The translations under genes and the position numbers were made by a program. A DNA stretch of 64,000 nucleotides from Eledone cirrhosa (Eukaryota): assembly GCA_964016885.1 (NCBI GenBank), contig OZ024752.1, positions 1,612,001 through 1,676,000 of the forward strand, read 5' to 3'. Under the pieces are notes generated by a model, which saw only the letters and a list, made by a program, of their open reading frames with translations, did no database searches and was not told where the DNA came from. The first letter of the stretch is position 1. Each line of letters opens with the position of its first letter. Of this stretch, positions 1 through 13,233 are shown piece by piece.

Positions 1-199
1 ATACCAGGAGAATAAAGTTAATGAGGAGACGGATTGAAAGCAGTCTATACAGTGGATTACAAAATAATCAATGGGATGGTTACATTTCTTTTGAAGATAT
101 ATATATATATATATTTGTAACAATAATAATTCAGGCAATTTGGGAATAAATATCATCCTACGTTGCTAAATATATCGATTGATTTCAGGTACCGATTTC

Positions 200-2200
200 C
201 TACAAGGAAAATTTCAGATTATTGATAGTTATCTACATTAATATAACAACTCTATCCAGCAATTGCTTTTCTAACATATATTTTCCCACCCTCCGATATC
301 CAAGGTCGGCAGTGCTCTCGATATTTAAGTGTGTCCATAAAGAATTCAAATTATTGAAGCATTCCTCCTATTTCCTATTACCTATGTAATCCCTTTTGTT
401 GTAAATTGCAGAGGAAATAGAGGATATCTGCAATATTTTATGGCAGAGTACGTATATTGACAACAACTACGCTAGGACTTCGATAATTTCCTATTCTCTG
501 GCAATCATTATGGCAGGATCTTAAAACCAAACACAACGACATCAATTCCGGCTCAAAGTAGCTTTATTGCTATTTAAATTCACCGAAAACTTGAAAACCT
601 TATCAACATAACTCAGTTTAAACTATATGATACAATCTGTCAAGGGCATTAATTACGCCTAATTTCATAGAATGCACTTTGATACAGCCTGTCTTCATCT
701 CATAGAACCGCTGGCAAATATAATACTGATTCATTAAATAGGAAGCTGTGTTAAATTTGATTGTTATTAATGTCTTCAAAGCAGGAGAAATGACCACTTA
801 TTCAGTAAGTACTGCTATCTGGTGTGCATTAAATGTAATATATATGTACCATACCCGATATCAACTGAAAACGTTTCGAGCATTGGAACGTGTGACATTT
901 GTTCTGCATTTGATTGTACCAACCTTTCAGATACAATAATATCAGCGTTATTCTAACACATGACATCATAGAAAATTAGATACATTAAATGAGAATCAAC
1001 GCAGTGGCTTGCATTGCTGCAGCTCTTCCAAATAACACCCTACTCACATAAGTATTAATAGAAGTGTTGAATAATATTGTTCCAGACACATTCACGTTGA
1101 AACAAAATTAGAAATAGTGTCAGCTTCAATCCCACTGACCTGGGGTAAAGCCAGCCAAAACAGAATGATCAATATGAAACATGACAATGAATATATAAAT
1201 TATTTATCTCAATATGGATTTCACTGAGCCTAATGACAACTGAAATATATCTACTAAATTATTAGATTCATTAAATAATTTATAAAAATAAATTAAAGAT
1301 TGCTTCCGATTGGTTTACACATGAAATGAGACACATGTTACGTGGGGCTCCTATTGACAATATATTTCTACACATAACAATACAACTTTAATATCTAAAA
1401 TAGATCTTTCTTAGCTACAGTAATACAAAGACAGAGGGATGAATTCGTAAGAGAAAAATAGAAAAATGAAAATTGATTTTATTGATAAGTAATCATAAGT
1501 AAAATGTTAGAAAAGCGACAAACCTGCCGACAAATTTCAGCATGAAGATTTCAATAGCATAATCCTTATTGATACATGACTTTCGAAATGCACTCATCAA
1601 TAACTATATGTTTGCACAGTTGAGTGTCGATTATCATGGTAAAAATCAATAATGCAATAATTAAATTACTTTGTATTATACAGAAATGTATGAAGAAATG
1701 TAGACTATACCATGTGTACAGTCTGAGAGGATAGACATTTATAAATGTAATAGTATTATTGATAATGTTATAATGTGCAGGAAAATGTATCTACAAAAAT
1801 TAGCTGGTAATATGTGCACACGTCGTATGCAGAAAACGCTATACCAGACAAAAGCGCAACCAATCTCGTGATTGGATTACATCTCCAGCTGAATACCCTA
1901 CTATGATGTCATGTACATGCTGCTTATAAACCCATTTTATGAATGGATTAAATATAATAAGATGTACGGATTTTGCATATGTTATCGGATACTTCGCTGC
2001 TACTATGAAAAGTTCATTGTTTACTTAAATATATTTTCCCAACAACGTATGCCATGGACGAATACAAGCAGCTTGATCTTTATAGACGTCTTTAACCGAG
2101 TCCTCCTAGAACTCTTCTTAGAAAGTCCTGTAAATTTCTTTCGTGTCCTCTCAGGACTTTAGCTGTGAACCGAATTTCAAATTACATAGTGTTTATTATA
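200..2200 (+). pseudogene. Highly decayed Helitron Rep/PIF1-helicase coding remnant
   Basis: Collinear broken peptides resemble RepHel motifs: IFKCVHK (~322-342, cf. YIFKYVHKG), HTRYQLKTFRALERV..PTFQ (ORF 748-939, cf. HVRGPTSF..LRTV..PTFQ), FPTTYAMDEYKQ (~2035-2070, cf. FP.RLAYAMTINKSQG) and FRVLSGL (cf. YVALSRV). Many stops and frameshifts. Confidence 0.45.
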
Positions 2201-3000
2201 GGTTTTGTAATAGTTACAACATTGAGTAGGCTTTGAAGTACTTAAAGATATATATTTTTACTTTAATTTTAACATTTGCCGAATACATTTTAATTCGTAC
2301 TTTTACTGATTTCACTCATTTTAAAAATATAGTTTATTTGGTCGAACACTGAATGCTTTTTTTAATATGGTAAGTATCCCTGCCATGATTTTTTCTTGAA
2401 ATTCTATGATACATCTCATGCAAAATAAACACTGACAGACAAACACACATATACACGTAAAGGCAATTCTTTTGAGTGGCGATATACCATAGTCATTATG
2501 AGTGGTGTGGGAAATCTATCAGTGCGTATGTGTTAATTTGTATATATGTTCCTGGGAACATCATACTGTACGCGTAGATGAGTGTGGGGTTCAACAATGG
2601 CATTGTCTGATTTACTGGCATCCGTGACGTGTTTGAGGAAGGCAAGATTTATAATAGTACATAATAAGAGATATAAGTTGAGTTAGTGAGAATAGAGGTA
2701 ATGTAATAATGGCTAATTTTAAAATACAAAATCAAGGGAAATAACTTTTATAAGTTGTTCTTGAATCACTACCCCCTTACAGACAACTGACACTGCACAC
2801 CAGGTCCGAACACAGAAGCGCTGAACTCCCACTGCCTCCGCCTGCATCTCTCTGGCCCTCCCCATCTCTCACTATTATGAACAAATGGGGTCCACGTGCT
2901 GAGTCCCACACGGCTCCGGCGGACAGAATGGAAAAGTGTAGTGTAGCTGCATGTATGTCAATATGTCTGTATTGTGAGCCTGTGTCAATATATGAGTATG

Positions 3001-3275
3001 TTTTCATCTTCGTTATGTATGTCAGTACGTGCTTATGCTAGGGTATGTGTGGACATTTGTGTGTTTGTGACATTGTGTGTTAGCGTGATGAGTATGTGAT
3101 CATTAGTGTAAAACTATTTGTTTATATATGTGTGTTTTCACCTTCGTTGTGACTGTCAGTGGGCGCTTATAGCAGGGTGTGTGTGGATGTTTCTGTGTTT
3201 GTGTCATTATGTTTTAGTGTGACGGTGAGTACGTGATCATTAGTGTAAAAATGTTTGTTTATATTTGTGTGTTTT
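3001..3275. repeat. Diverged tandem duplication, two ~135-bp units
   Basis: ttca(t/c)cttcgtt...gtgatcattagtgtaaaa...tgtgtgtttt occurs twice in succession. Confidence 0.75.
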
Positions 3276-3797
3276 AGTGTCTACTATGTTTTCTATGTTT
3301 CGTCTGTATATATACATAATGTGTGTGAGCGTATGCGTGTATATCTCTGCATGTATACGTTTGTGAATGGGATTTTGCACTGCTGTATCCATATGTTAGT
3401 GAGATTGTACATATGTACGTCGTTATGTGTATGTGTTTGTCTAAGCGTGTATGCACATTTTTAATGTGCACATGTATTAGTATGAAAGCGTCGATGTGCG
3501 AATCATGCTGTATATGCGTACGTTTGTGAGCTGCGTATGAATAACTTATTGATGGTTCGCTTAATCAGAGTACGCATGATGGTGCATGTATATACATGTA
3601 TATTTCCGTGTATAGCTGAGTGTACGTTGGTGTCATTGTGTTTGTGATATATACGCGGGGTGGGGGTGTGTTCGAAACGTTCACGTGAGGTGAGTGCACT
3701 GCCATTTGGGAGTGCTAGCAGTCCGTAAATGTGTGAGGCGTGTGTATATATGTGAGTGGGCACTTAACGTTGTATTTGTGTGTGTGTGTGTGTGTGC

Positions 3798-3834
<37 letters not shown>

Positions 3835-3890
3835 TGTGTATGTATGTGTGTGTTTATGTGTGTGTGTGTGTGTTTATGTGTGTGTGTGCA

Positions 3891-3937
<47 letters not shown>

Positions 3938-4569
3938 GTGTAGAATAATTGTCGTTTTGGTTCAGAGGGAAACTTCTTACAAAGAAACGGGGTCATTGAT
4001 ACTGAACAATTTGGGAGTCACTACTGTTCTGGATGGAATTCTACGTCGATAATGTTTATTTCTTGACCATTGTAGATACCAGCTAAGCATATTGCACATT
4101 CACGTGATTAAAGAAATATAAACAGCAAATGAGGTATTTATTCTCAGAACATATCATCTTTATTGGTACTGAGATTCTCGAAAGGTGTGCAAACTAAAAT
4201 AAAATAACTGTTTTCAGTGAAATTCGTTCACTAATGTACACGTAACCAATGTTTAAATTCATGACATATAATTATATTCGTTTGACTGTCGTCTCATCTC
4301 TTCAATCTTTTGTCGTTTTGTTTCTTTCTGCCATCATTAACATCTTAAGCCATGTCACTTTGAATTAATTTTGTTCGGTTCGACGGCTTTGGAATTATGC
4401 CAAATGTTCAAGACTTTTTATGAAAGTCCCCTCTACTTATATGGAAAATCTAACATACAGGATGACAGCATGATTGTACACTTGCAATTCATAAGAAGCA
4501 CTTTATTACTTTAACGACCACATTTTAATAACTGCAATATAAGAGAATGTATTTCCTAGTATTGGATTA

Positions 4570-4740
4570 GTCCACACGTTCAAGTCATGCACGAGACTTT
4601 CTCAAGCATGACTGTCCAAACATATAATACTTCGGGCAATACCAATCGTAGAATTGATGCACTTAAATTATTGCTTCTTAAACCTCGTTTTATGCCAACA
4701 TTGCAACCGCAAATACTTTTCACTTTGTCTTTCTGTTAAC
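4570..4740 (-). pseudogene. Possible decayed PIF1/Helitron helicase C-terminal fragment
   Basis: Minus-strand reads KVFAVAML...ILRLVLPEV..FGQSCLRKSRA resemble helicase motifs V/VI (AFAMTINKSQG...GQLYVALSR). Confidence 0.3.
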
Positions 4741-5111
4741 GTGACATACATACAATGAATTCAAAGGCATGGATTCTGAAATATATTCCCTTTAGGGTTT
4801 AACGCAAATGTGTGGACTGTTATACAATATAATAAATTTGACAGAGATGTCTATGGGATACATTACCAATACAGTAAATGTGAATTATGATACAGTTTGT
4901 TTCAACAAAGGATTTCAATCAAATGAGAAATTATATCAACGCTATAAAAATGTATATAATATTATAATATATATGTATCCATTATTTTAAAAAAAGAACA
5001 AAAGGTTTATTTTGTATATGTATTTGAAAGGTCAGTGTAGTAGGTTGTCTTTGCAGAAAACATTTCAATTACACTATTTTAACCGTAAATGTAAAAAAAA
5101 AATATATATAT

Positions 5112-5174
<63 letters not shown>

Positions 5175-5256
5175 GTGTGTGTGTGGGTGTTAGTGTGTGT
5201 GTGTTAGTGTGAGTGTTAGAGTGTGTGTGCGTGTGTGTGTGTTAGTGTGTGTGTCA

Positions 5257-5660
<404 letters not shown>

Positions 5661-5850
5661 GTGTTATACTTGGGGAGGTTCATATTGTTGTAATAATATT
5701 GCCAGAAATAATAACAGAACACACTCACTGTCTGGTTGGTTTTCGCTTCTGCATCTTTTACATCTCTACAGTTAATTCATTTGGTCCCCAATGTTTTTAA
5801 TTGACTGACCAACGGTCGAAAATACAGATTTAAGTATATATATATAGTCT

Positions 5851-5892
5851 AACAAAGTTCTTTCGTTGCATATCTGCAACATCATCAGTGGT
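5851..5892 (-). ncRNA. Minimal type I hammerhead ribozyme motif
   Basis: Minus strand: acca CTGATGA t gttgca gata tgcaac GAAA gaac TT tgtt. Stem II is 6 bp; stem I has one mismatch. Confidence 0.65.
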
Positions 5893-5999
5893 ACTATTAT
5901 GTTCCTCCTATTGTATTGTATGTCTACGCCATTTTTATTATTAACACACACACACACAAACACACATACACCCGCACACACACACACACACGCACACGC

Positions 6000-6080
<81 letters not shown>

Positions 6081-6085
<5 letters not shown>

Positions 6086-6905
6086 ATTTACATATACAAA
6101 CTAAACAAAGTCACATATATATATGTGGCTCAAAGAATTAAATAATCAGAGCAATATATCATAAAGTATGTCCATATAATCATTTAATAAAATATATACA
6201 CCATTTCGTCTCCCAATTAGGATAATTAACCACATAAAAAGTCAAATAGACGAGGCTATAAGAATAAAGGTTCCTATGAATAAATATTTGATAAATAAAC
6301 GACAGCAGCCTGTTCGCGGCCGACCACAATAGAATATTTACCCAACATTTCAACAGCATGTAGAAATCGACTAAATATACCGTCAACAATACACAATTAG
6401 TGCGCTTTCTAGCAACCAGCCCATTCGCCGTAAGCAACTAATCACATTCTTTCTAACTTGACCACTGCCACGTCACGATTCTTAGCCATTTTTGAATCTA
6501 TTTTTGGCGGGGATCGCTTTGGAAAATTACCTGTCCTATGAGTTTGTCACCTGATGAGTTCGAAACTCGAGATCTTATCCTTAATAAGATATCTCAAACC
6601 GCGAACGAAACCCCAGGGTAGGGACATAATCATGGTAAGAGAGTACGCATTTCTACTAACTTTAAATTTATACCTAATTGTGTATGGTTGACGGTATATT
6701 TAGTCGATATCTACATGCAGTTGAAATGTTGGGTAAATATTCTATTGAGGTCGGCCGCGAAGAGGCTGCTGTCGTTTATTTATCAAATATTTCTTCATAG
6801 GGGCCTTTATTCTTATAGCCTGGTCTAATTGATTTTTTATGTGGTTAATTATGCTAATTGGAAAATGGTGTATATATTTTATCAAATGGTTCTATGGACA
6901 TACTT

Positions 6906-6916
<11 letters not shown>
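6081..6916. mobile_element. Foldback element, family F2, hammerhead in spacer
   Basis: Inverted arms ~6153-6400 and ~6674-6916, a left-only extension at 6081-6152 and (TA)n on both sides. Confidence 0.75.
6545..6626 (+). ncRNA. Type I hammerhead ribozyme motif with long stem II
   Basis: tgtcac CTGATGA gttcg...(gagatcttat/ataagatatctc inner hairpin)...cgaac GAAA ccc ca ggg TA gggaca. GUA cleavage triplet; stem I 5/6 bp. Confidence 0.8.
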
Positions 6917-6947
<31 letters not shown>

Positions 6948-8129
6948 TTGCAGATGTACAACGAAGGAACTTTGTTAGACTATATATATATGTATTTATA
7001 CCTATATTATATCTGCATTTTTGACCGTTGGTCAGTCAATGATAAACACTGAGTATCAAATGAATTAACTGTGGAAATGTAAAAGGTACAGAAGCGTAAC
7101 GAACCAAACAGTGAGTGTGTTCTGTTATTATTTCTGGCAATATAATTACAACAATATGACCCTTCCCAAGTATAACAATATATGTTTTGACACACGATTT
7201 CGTATCAAAGACCTCGCAAAACAAATATATATATATCGATTTGTTTCCTTAAGACTAGCAAATAAAACCACAGAAAAAATATATTATCAGCATAAATAGA
7301 TGTTCACTTATTATGCTTTACTCCCAAAACGATACTAACGAAAAATACATAGAAGACATATCTGATGTAGCATTTTCTATTTGTAAATTTAGATCTAAAG
7401 AGACACGATGGATATAGAAATAGAGTTGTAAAAGTAAAGGTGAAGAAGAAAATTGTTAACTAGGCAAAACAGATTTCAAATTTATTATAAAGTCAGCATA
7501 TTTTGAAGAAGAAAACTTTAATAAAACCAACTTTATTACCTTACTTGCACTTTATTTTGTCGACACCGGAAAGCTAAAATACAGAGTTAAGTTTGGGGTG
7601 ATTTGAACATTTATGCCAATTCAACCTTATTCTATAACTCTTGTATGCGTGTGTAAATCAGGGTTCGAATACATGGAGACGCGCGTCACGAAACCAATCA
7701 TTACTAATGCCCAGAGAGTATCACTCACGGTTGATTCCCAATCTGCTAGACACAGTGTTAAAGAAATTTTATAATGAATATTATCAAACATAATTCGTTA
7801 AACTTGAACATTTAATTTCAGCTTGAACATATTTATGCACGTTTTTCGAGGTGTAACTAATTATTGTTTTACGAATGATTATTATGCTTGGAGTACTTTA
7901 TAAATCATGAATAATCAGAATATAATAATTATATAATAATATTTCTCATGAATAATAGAAGCGTTAGTGTGATTTGAAGTATGAAAATGTGAAAACCTCA
8001 GATGTAGAAATTATGAGTAATTGTGTTGAGAACCAATAAGCCTACTAGGCCTCATTTCTCCACTCTCAGAATAATTTGTACAGCCCTACTCACAAATACT
8101 ATTAATCGTTCTTTGACACATAGATCGGG

Positions 8130-8640
8130 TGTTACAAGTTTACACTATGAAGATTGTTCATCAACTAAATACTCAATAACTGGGAAATTAGATTTATGAA
8201 TTATCTACATATAACTGTTGGTATTATAAAGGATTTGGGATGTATTTAATTTGTAAAAGAATGGTTTTTACATAGATGACCATAATATTTATCTATTAGT
8301 GTATACCTTAGTGGCTAAATTCGTGTAAATTGCCTATGGGGAGAGACAAATGTGTAAAGATACCTGCAATGAAACGGACCTCGTTTGCATGCGTACTTTA
8401 CGTGATTTATTTCGTAAAACAGTTTTCGGAAAACCTCCAATTGGGTTGCAGAGTGTCGCAAGTTATTATAAGCTGTCACATTTTGAGGCGTAAATGAGTG
8501 TGGACTATGTTGGGGAAATGCAGTCGTATAAATATTATCAGTTTTGTCAAAGCAAGATGTGTCAAATTGTAGGTTCATCAGCTTACCAAACTGTGAATTG
8601 AAATTAATATTATGTTTGTGCGTTGGTGTACTGTAGTACA
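8130..8640 (+). pseudogene. Possible decayed piggyBac-type transposase fragment
   Basis: Broken reads FYIDD (~8266-8280) and VDYVGEMQSYKY (~8499-8535) loosely match the Y.DN and GGVD..DQ..SYY motifs. Confidence 0.25.
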
Positions 8641-10111
8641 TTTAGCTGTGAGAGTGTTTGTACATTATGCAGCTAGTCTAGGAATACTAAGTACTCATAC
8701 GCCAACACCGGTTACAAGAAGAAAATATATACTCTACAGTTCGCATTTTGTCTGTATTTATTGAAAGGTAGGTTGACAATTACTATCAGAGATTCTTTCA
8801 AATAACAGTTTATATTAAATATATCAGAACATAAATTAACTCTTAATTGAAAGAAAATATGAATAAGTTTAATTCTCAAAGTCTCAATTGGACTACGTAA
8901 AGGTTGCTAAAAAAATGAAAATGAAATTGAAAAATATACACTAGCAAAAAGAAAGGGAACAGTGGTCTGTACAGTCGAGGCTAAGTTGCATAACACAGCT
9001 ATACGCCACGGACAAAATATCATTTGCATCGCTGCAGTAAACCCCAGCGAAACCCTCTGCAACAATCGCTCACCCTGAAGCTTATTCTCAAAATGGCAAA
9101 CAGGAACATTATTATGATAATGAATAATAAGATGCAGTAATAGAGGACATATAAGGAAGCAGAAGAGAAGATGTTCAATTGTAGTGAGGGAGGTTAAAAT
9201 ACGCTGGAAAAATTGTGAAAAATATGAAAAAGATAAACAATACAAATTTAAGTAAGACAGTATATAAGAGGTGTGTTTTGTGTAGCAAGTGGATAAGTAT
9301 ATCAGGGCACCAAGTTGACTAGTTTGATGTTTTATATATACTGATAATACAGGCAATATAGTGAACCCCAACACGAGTGATATAAAGAACGACTAAAACT
9401 ATAGCAACTTCTGTCCAATCAGCTAATCAATAATGTGAACACCATGTCAATCATCATCATCAGCAGAACCACAACAACAAAAATAATAACACCAAATGAA
9501 ACTAACATACATATATGGGGTCAGAAAATTAAGAGTATTAGTCAATCAGGGAATGATGTTCAGCTAAGTAGAAAGCCGGAGAATGAAGAGATGTTTGGCT
9601 GACTGTCTTACTGTCTTCAGGGTAATGGCGAACATAATATGTGACACTGGTCGATGTAGTGTATAGTATTGTTATTAGAGATAGTTTTGTCACGGTTGTC
9701 GTAGGCATGACAGTAAATTGCTATGCGGTGATGGCATTCTCTGCTTCGCTGTGTCTCTCTGTCCATTGTGTATACGTGTATATATTTGTTCGAGCACCAC
9801 GTGTTCATTTGTGAGTGCTGTGTGAACGTATATGTATCTGGATGTGAGTGTGTGTATGTGTGTGAGTGTGTGTGTGCGTGCGTGTGCATGTGTGTGCCTG
9901 ATTTACATGCTGCTTTCGTTTCTATGTGTATAATACGACTGCAGGTCGTTAGTGCTTGAGGCGAAATTGTAGTTGATTTGCGGATTTGGAGAGTAGACAG
10001 ACAAGGACATCACTAAAGACAATATTTAAAACAATGATACAAAGGTCAGCACAAGATAATAATGGGAACATTACGAACAAGAGAGAGAAAGGAAACAAGA
10101 CAGATAGAAAA

Positions 10112-10184
<73 letters not shown>

Positions 10185-11084
10185 TCACGACGAATATAGA
10201 GTGAAACAGAAAGAAGTGGGTAAGGCATTTGTATGCCAAAGCAGGAAGCACGTCGGACAGTGAGAAAAACAGCAACAACAAGCGAAACATGTAGAATAAG
10301 TGAGGTTGTTTAAAGGGGACGGCGCTGATATAAAAGGAGAGAATATTGGGGGAAAGGAATTCCATAATTGTAAGAAAGAAGCGATAAGAACTGATGCTCG
10401 TTTTATATTGGGAAACGGGGAGAAGGGATAGAACTATTCATAATTGACTGGGAATTATTGAAGTTCGTTAACGGAGAAAATGACGTATGCAGTTTCAAGG
10501 AGACGACTACGCAACACAAATAGTATTAATCATGATTTGGCATATAGATATGTACACATACATGCATATATACATGAAGTTATACATGTACACATATATA
10601 CCTGTAGGTATATACACATTGACACATACATACATGCATACATACACGCATACATACATATATACATGCACACATATATACATATACACATGGGCACATA
10701 CAAACAAACATATATACACATATACATGGACATATATATATATATACATACATATACTGGCATGTTGTCATTTAAATTCCAATGATTTTGACTTGTTTCT
10801 GTGTTAACAACCGTCAATTTATTATCAAGAAATCACAATCATGCGCACACGAAAACACGGACACAAAGAGAGACACGCAAACGCACAAGCACACGTACAT
10901 AGATAAAAAGAGTCGGTAATACCAGTTTAGACTAATAAGTTCCTTGTACCGCTAAGAAATCAATGATTGAGAAAGCAAATTGTAGGAAATGTATATATAC
11001 ACACACATACACAAACACACACACACGCATGCACACACACACAGGCACACACACACACAGACACACACACACATATATATATAT

Positions 11085-11221
11085 ATGGCAACATTGAGGA
11101 CCGAGTAAGTTAGATTACCGATATAAAAGACAGCGATAAGCGAAAACCAACCAAACAGTGAGTGTGTTCTGTTATTAATTCTGGCAATATTACACAAATA
11201 TGACCCTCCCCAAGTATAACA
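11085..11221 (+). mobile_element. Solo arm (3' end) of family F1
   Basis: Ends ...atgaccctccccaagtataaca followed by (TA)n. Matches the reverse complement of 62689-62830. Confidence 0.75.
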
Positions 11222-11257
11222 ATATATATATATATATATAAATATATCGTTGTATAA

Positions 11258-11448
11258 AATTGTTTCTACTTTTGGCATAAGGCCAGCAATTATCCCAGTG
11301 TATTACTGGTGCTTTATTTTATCGACCCCGTAAGGATGAAAAGCAAAGTTAACCTCGGCGGGACTTGAACTCAGACCATAAAGGGCCGTAACTCTTTGAT
11401 GCAAATCATGGCGTCAGACGCTCTACCAATACTGCCAATCCACCGCCC
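11258..11448 (-). mobile_element. tRNA-headed SINE (family A, Nin/Deu-like core)
   Basis: Minus strand has tggcagtattggtagagc (A box), gagttcaagtcccg (B box) and catccttacggggtcgataaaataaag core. Flanked by TSD tatatcgttgtata. Confidence 0.85.
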
Positions 11449-13014
11449 TATATCGTTGTATATAATGGGATTACGACTGTGTTCGAATTTATTCTAATTT
11501 ATTATTGGATTTTAATACTTTCGAAGCTGTTCGTTTAGAATCATTCGTCTAGACTTTAAACAAATAACGTTCCGTGCCCAGTAAAGTTGAAAAATCTCCA
11601 CAGTTGTATCTTCTAATAGAAATATTTAGAGCAGCAGCTTGTTAATATATATTTTGGTAGGATAAACATGATAAAATTCGTTAATCACAGTATCTAGTAA
11701 AGGATTCTACACTTGGCAAAGGCCAGTGATTGAAGCAACCCAAAGATCAATTACTACCATCGTCATGAGAAAGTTTGTCCCTCTGGAGAATAGTAGAAAA
11801 ACTAAATCTGTAAGCTCTCCAATACAATCGTGAGTTCTTCATAGATTGTATGTTATAGAACATAATACATCAACATTCCACCAATGATATTGATATCTAT
11901 TTCAAAATCTACAAAATACCTTTACCTCTTGCTATTCGCCCCATTGAAAAATAGATATCGCAACACATGGCAACAGTACGGCACATTTACTTGACTTCAA
12001 ATCTCCATGCACTCTTCAATACCATATATAAAGCCAGAAGAGAGATCCTATAACATTGAAAAGCTCCTTGGCCAATTCAATCCCAGATATGTTGAATAAG
12101 TCCCCTGCATCCGAATATTCTTTCTGCAAGGGTAACATATTAATGGACTGATCTATTACCTACAGAAGGTTTAACGTAGCAATATAATATAATGTATATA
12201 GTCTTACCTACATACACACGAAACGCCTGAGTAAGTGTATGTGTGTAAAGAAATATTCCTGTCAAACTGTATTATCGAGCGTTTATATGGCATTGGGATG
12301 TCAATTCCTTTTATTAACACAGCCTACACGTCACTTCTTTTATACATGCATCTATAGAGAACCACCCAAAACGAATGATTAAAAAAAAGTTCTTCCATTA
12401 GGCCATCATAATCTACTTTGTTAGCGAGGCTACCGATATGTTTATTTTATATAAACATAGTATATTATACTATTATGTTTTCATATTGATCTCTCTCTCT
12501 CCTTCTCTTTCCTCCCTCTCTCTCTCTTCCTTTCTCTCCTCCTCTCTCTCCCACTCTCTATCTCTCTCACTATATATATATATATATATATATACATATG
12601 CTGTCCCCCAAAATATATGCACACTTTTATTAGTATGCTGTTGAAGTGTGTATAGACTCGTTTGAGACCCTTGTATTATACATACAAAAGCACGCACATA
12701 CAGACATATATATCTGTACATAATATAGATATATGCTGTGCACGTTTATGTGTGAAGAAACGTATGTATATCCCTGAGTGCGTGTGTATCTAATTAAATA
12801 TATTTGTTGTAAAAATGTAATGTCTTTTATTGATGAGGTATCGTGTTGTTGATTTCGTTTATTGATGCCGTGTACAAGTATCATGCCGTCTAACTTGTCA
12901 TGTCACATGTTAGATAGTTTCATACTTGGAGAGACACACACACCTCTCTCAATTACTCTCTAGCTATATATATGTATTTCACGCATATATATATGTATGT
13001 ATATATGTGTGTTT

Positions 13015-13090
13015 TTGTGTGTATGTGGGAGTGTGACTATGTACGTATATATATATATATATATATAGTCACACTCCCACATACACACAA
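13015..13090. repeat. 26-bp perfect inverted repeat around a (TA)n core
   Basis: ttgtgtgtatgtgggagtgtgactat / atagtcacactcccacatacacacaa. Confidence 0.85.
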
Positions 13091-13176
13091 AGGCATATAT
13101 ATACATATTATTATATATATATCCACATTATTATATATATTATTATTCCACAATGCTTCAAGCAAACTTCAACACT

Positions 13177-13217
<41 letters not shown>

Positions 13218-13233
13218 AGATTTGAATGGATAC

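Larger units (their letters stand above)
5662..7239. mobile_element. Foldback element, family F1 (TGTTATACTTGGGGAGGGTCAT ends), hammerhead-bearing, with a nested element
   Basis: Inverted arms 5662-~5885 and ~6943-7177, a one-sided extension at 7178-7239 and (TA)n on the left. Homologous ends at 11085-11221 and 62689-63280. Confidence 0.75.

Noticed and set aside
5662-7177. Ginger-type DNA MITE (TGT...ACA ends)
   Set aside because: Not excluded, but variable arm lengths, one-sided extensions, solo arms and embedded hammerheads fit a retro-element origin better.
11258-11448. tRNA genes at A/B-box sites
   Set aside because: They are SINE heads with no cloverleaf, continuous with SINE bodies and TSDs.
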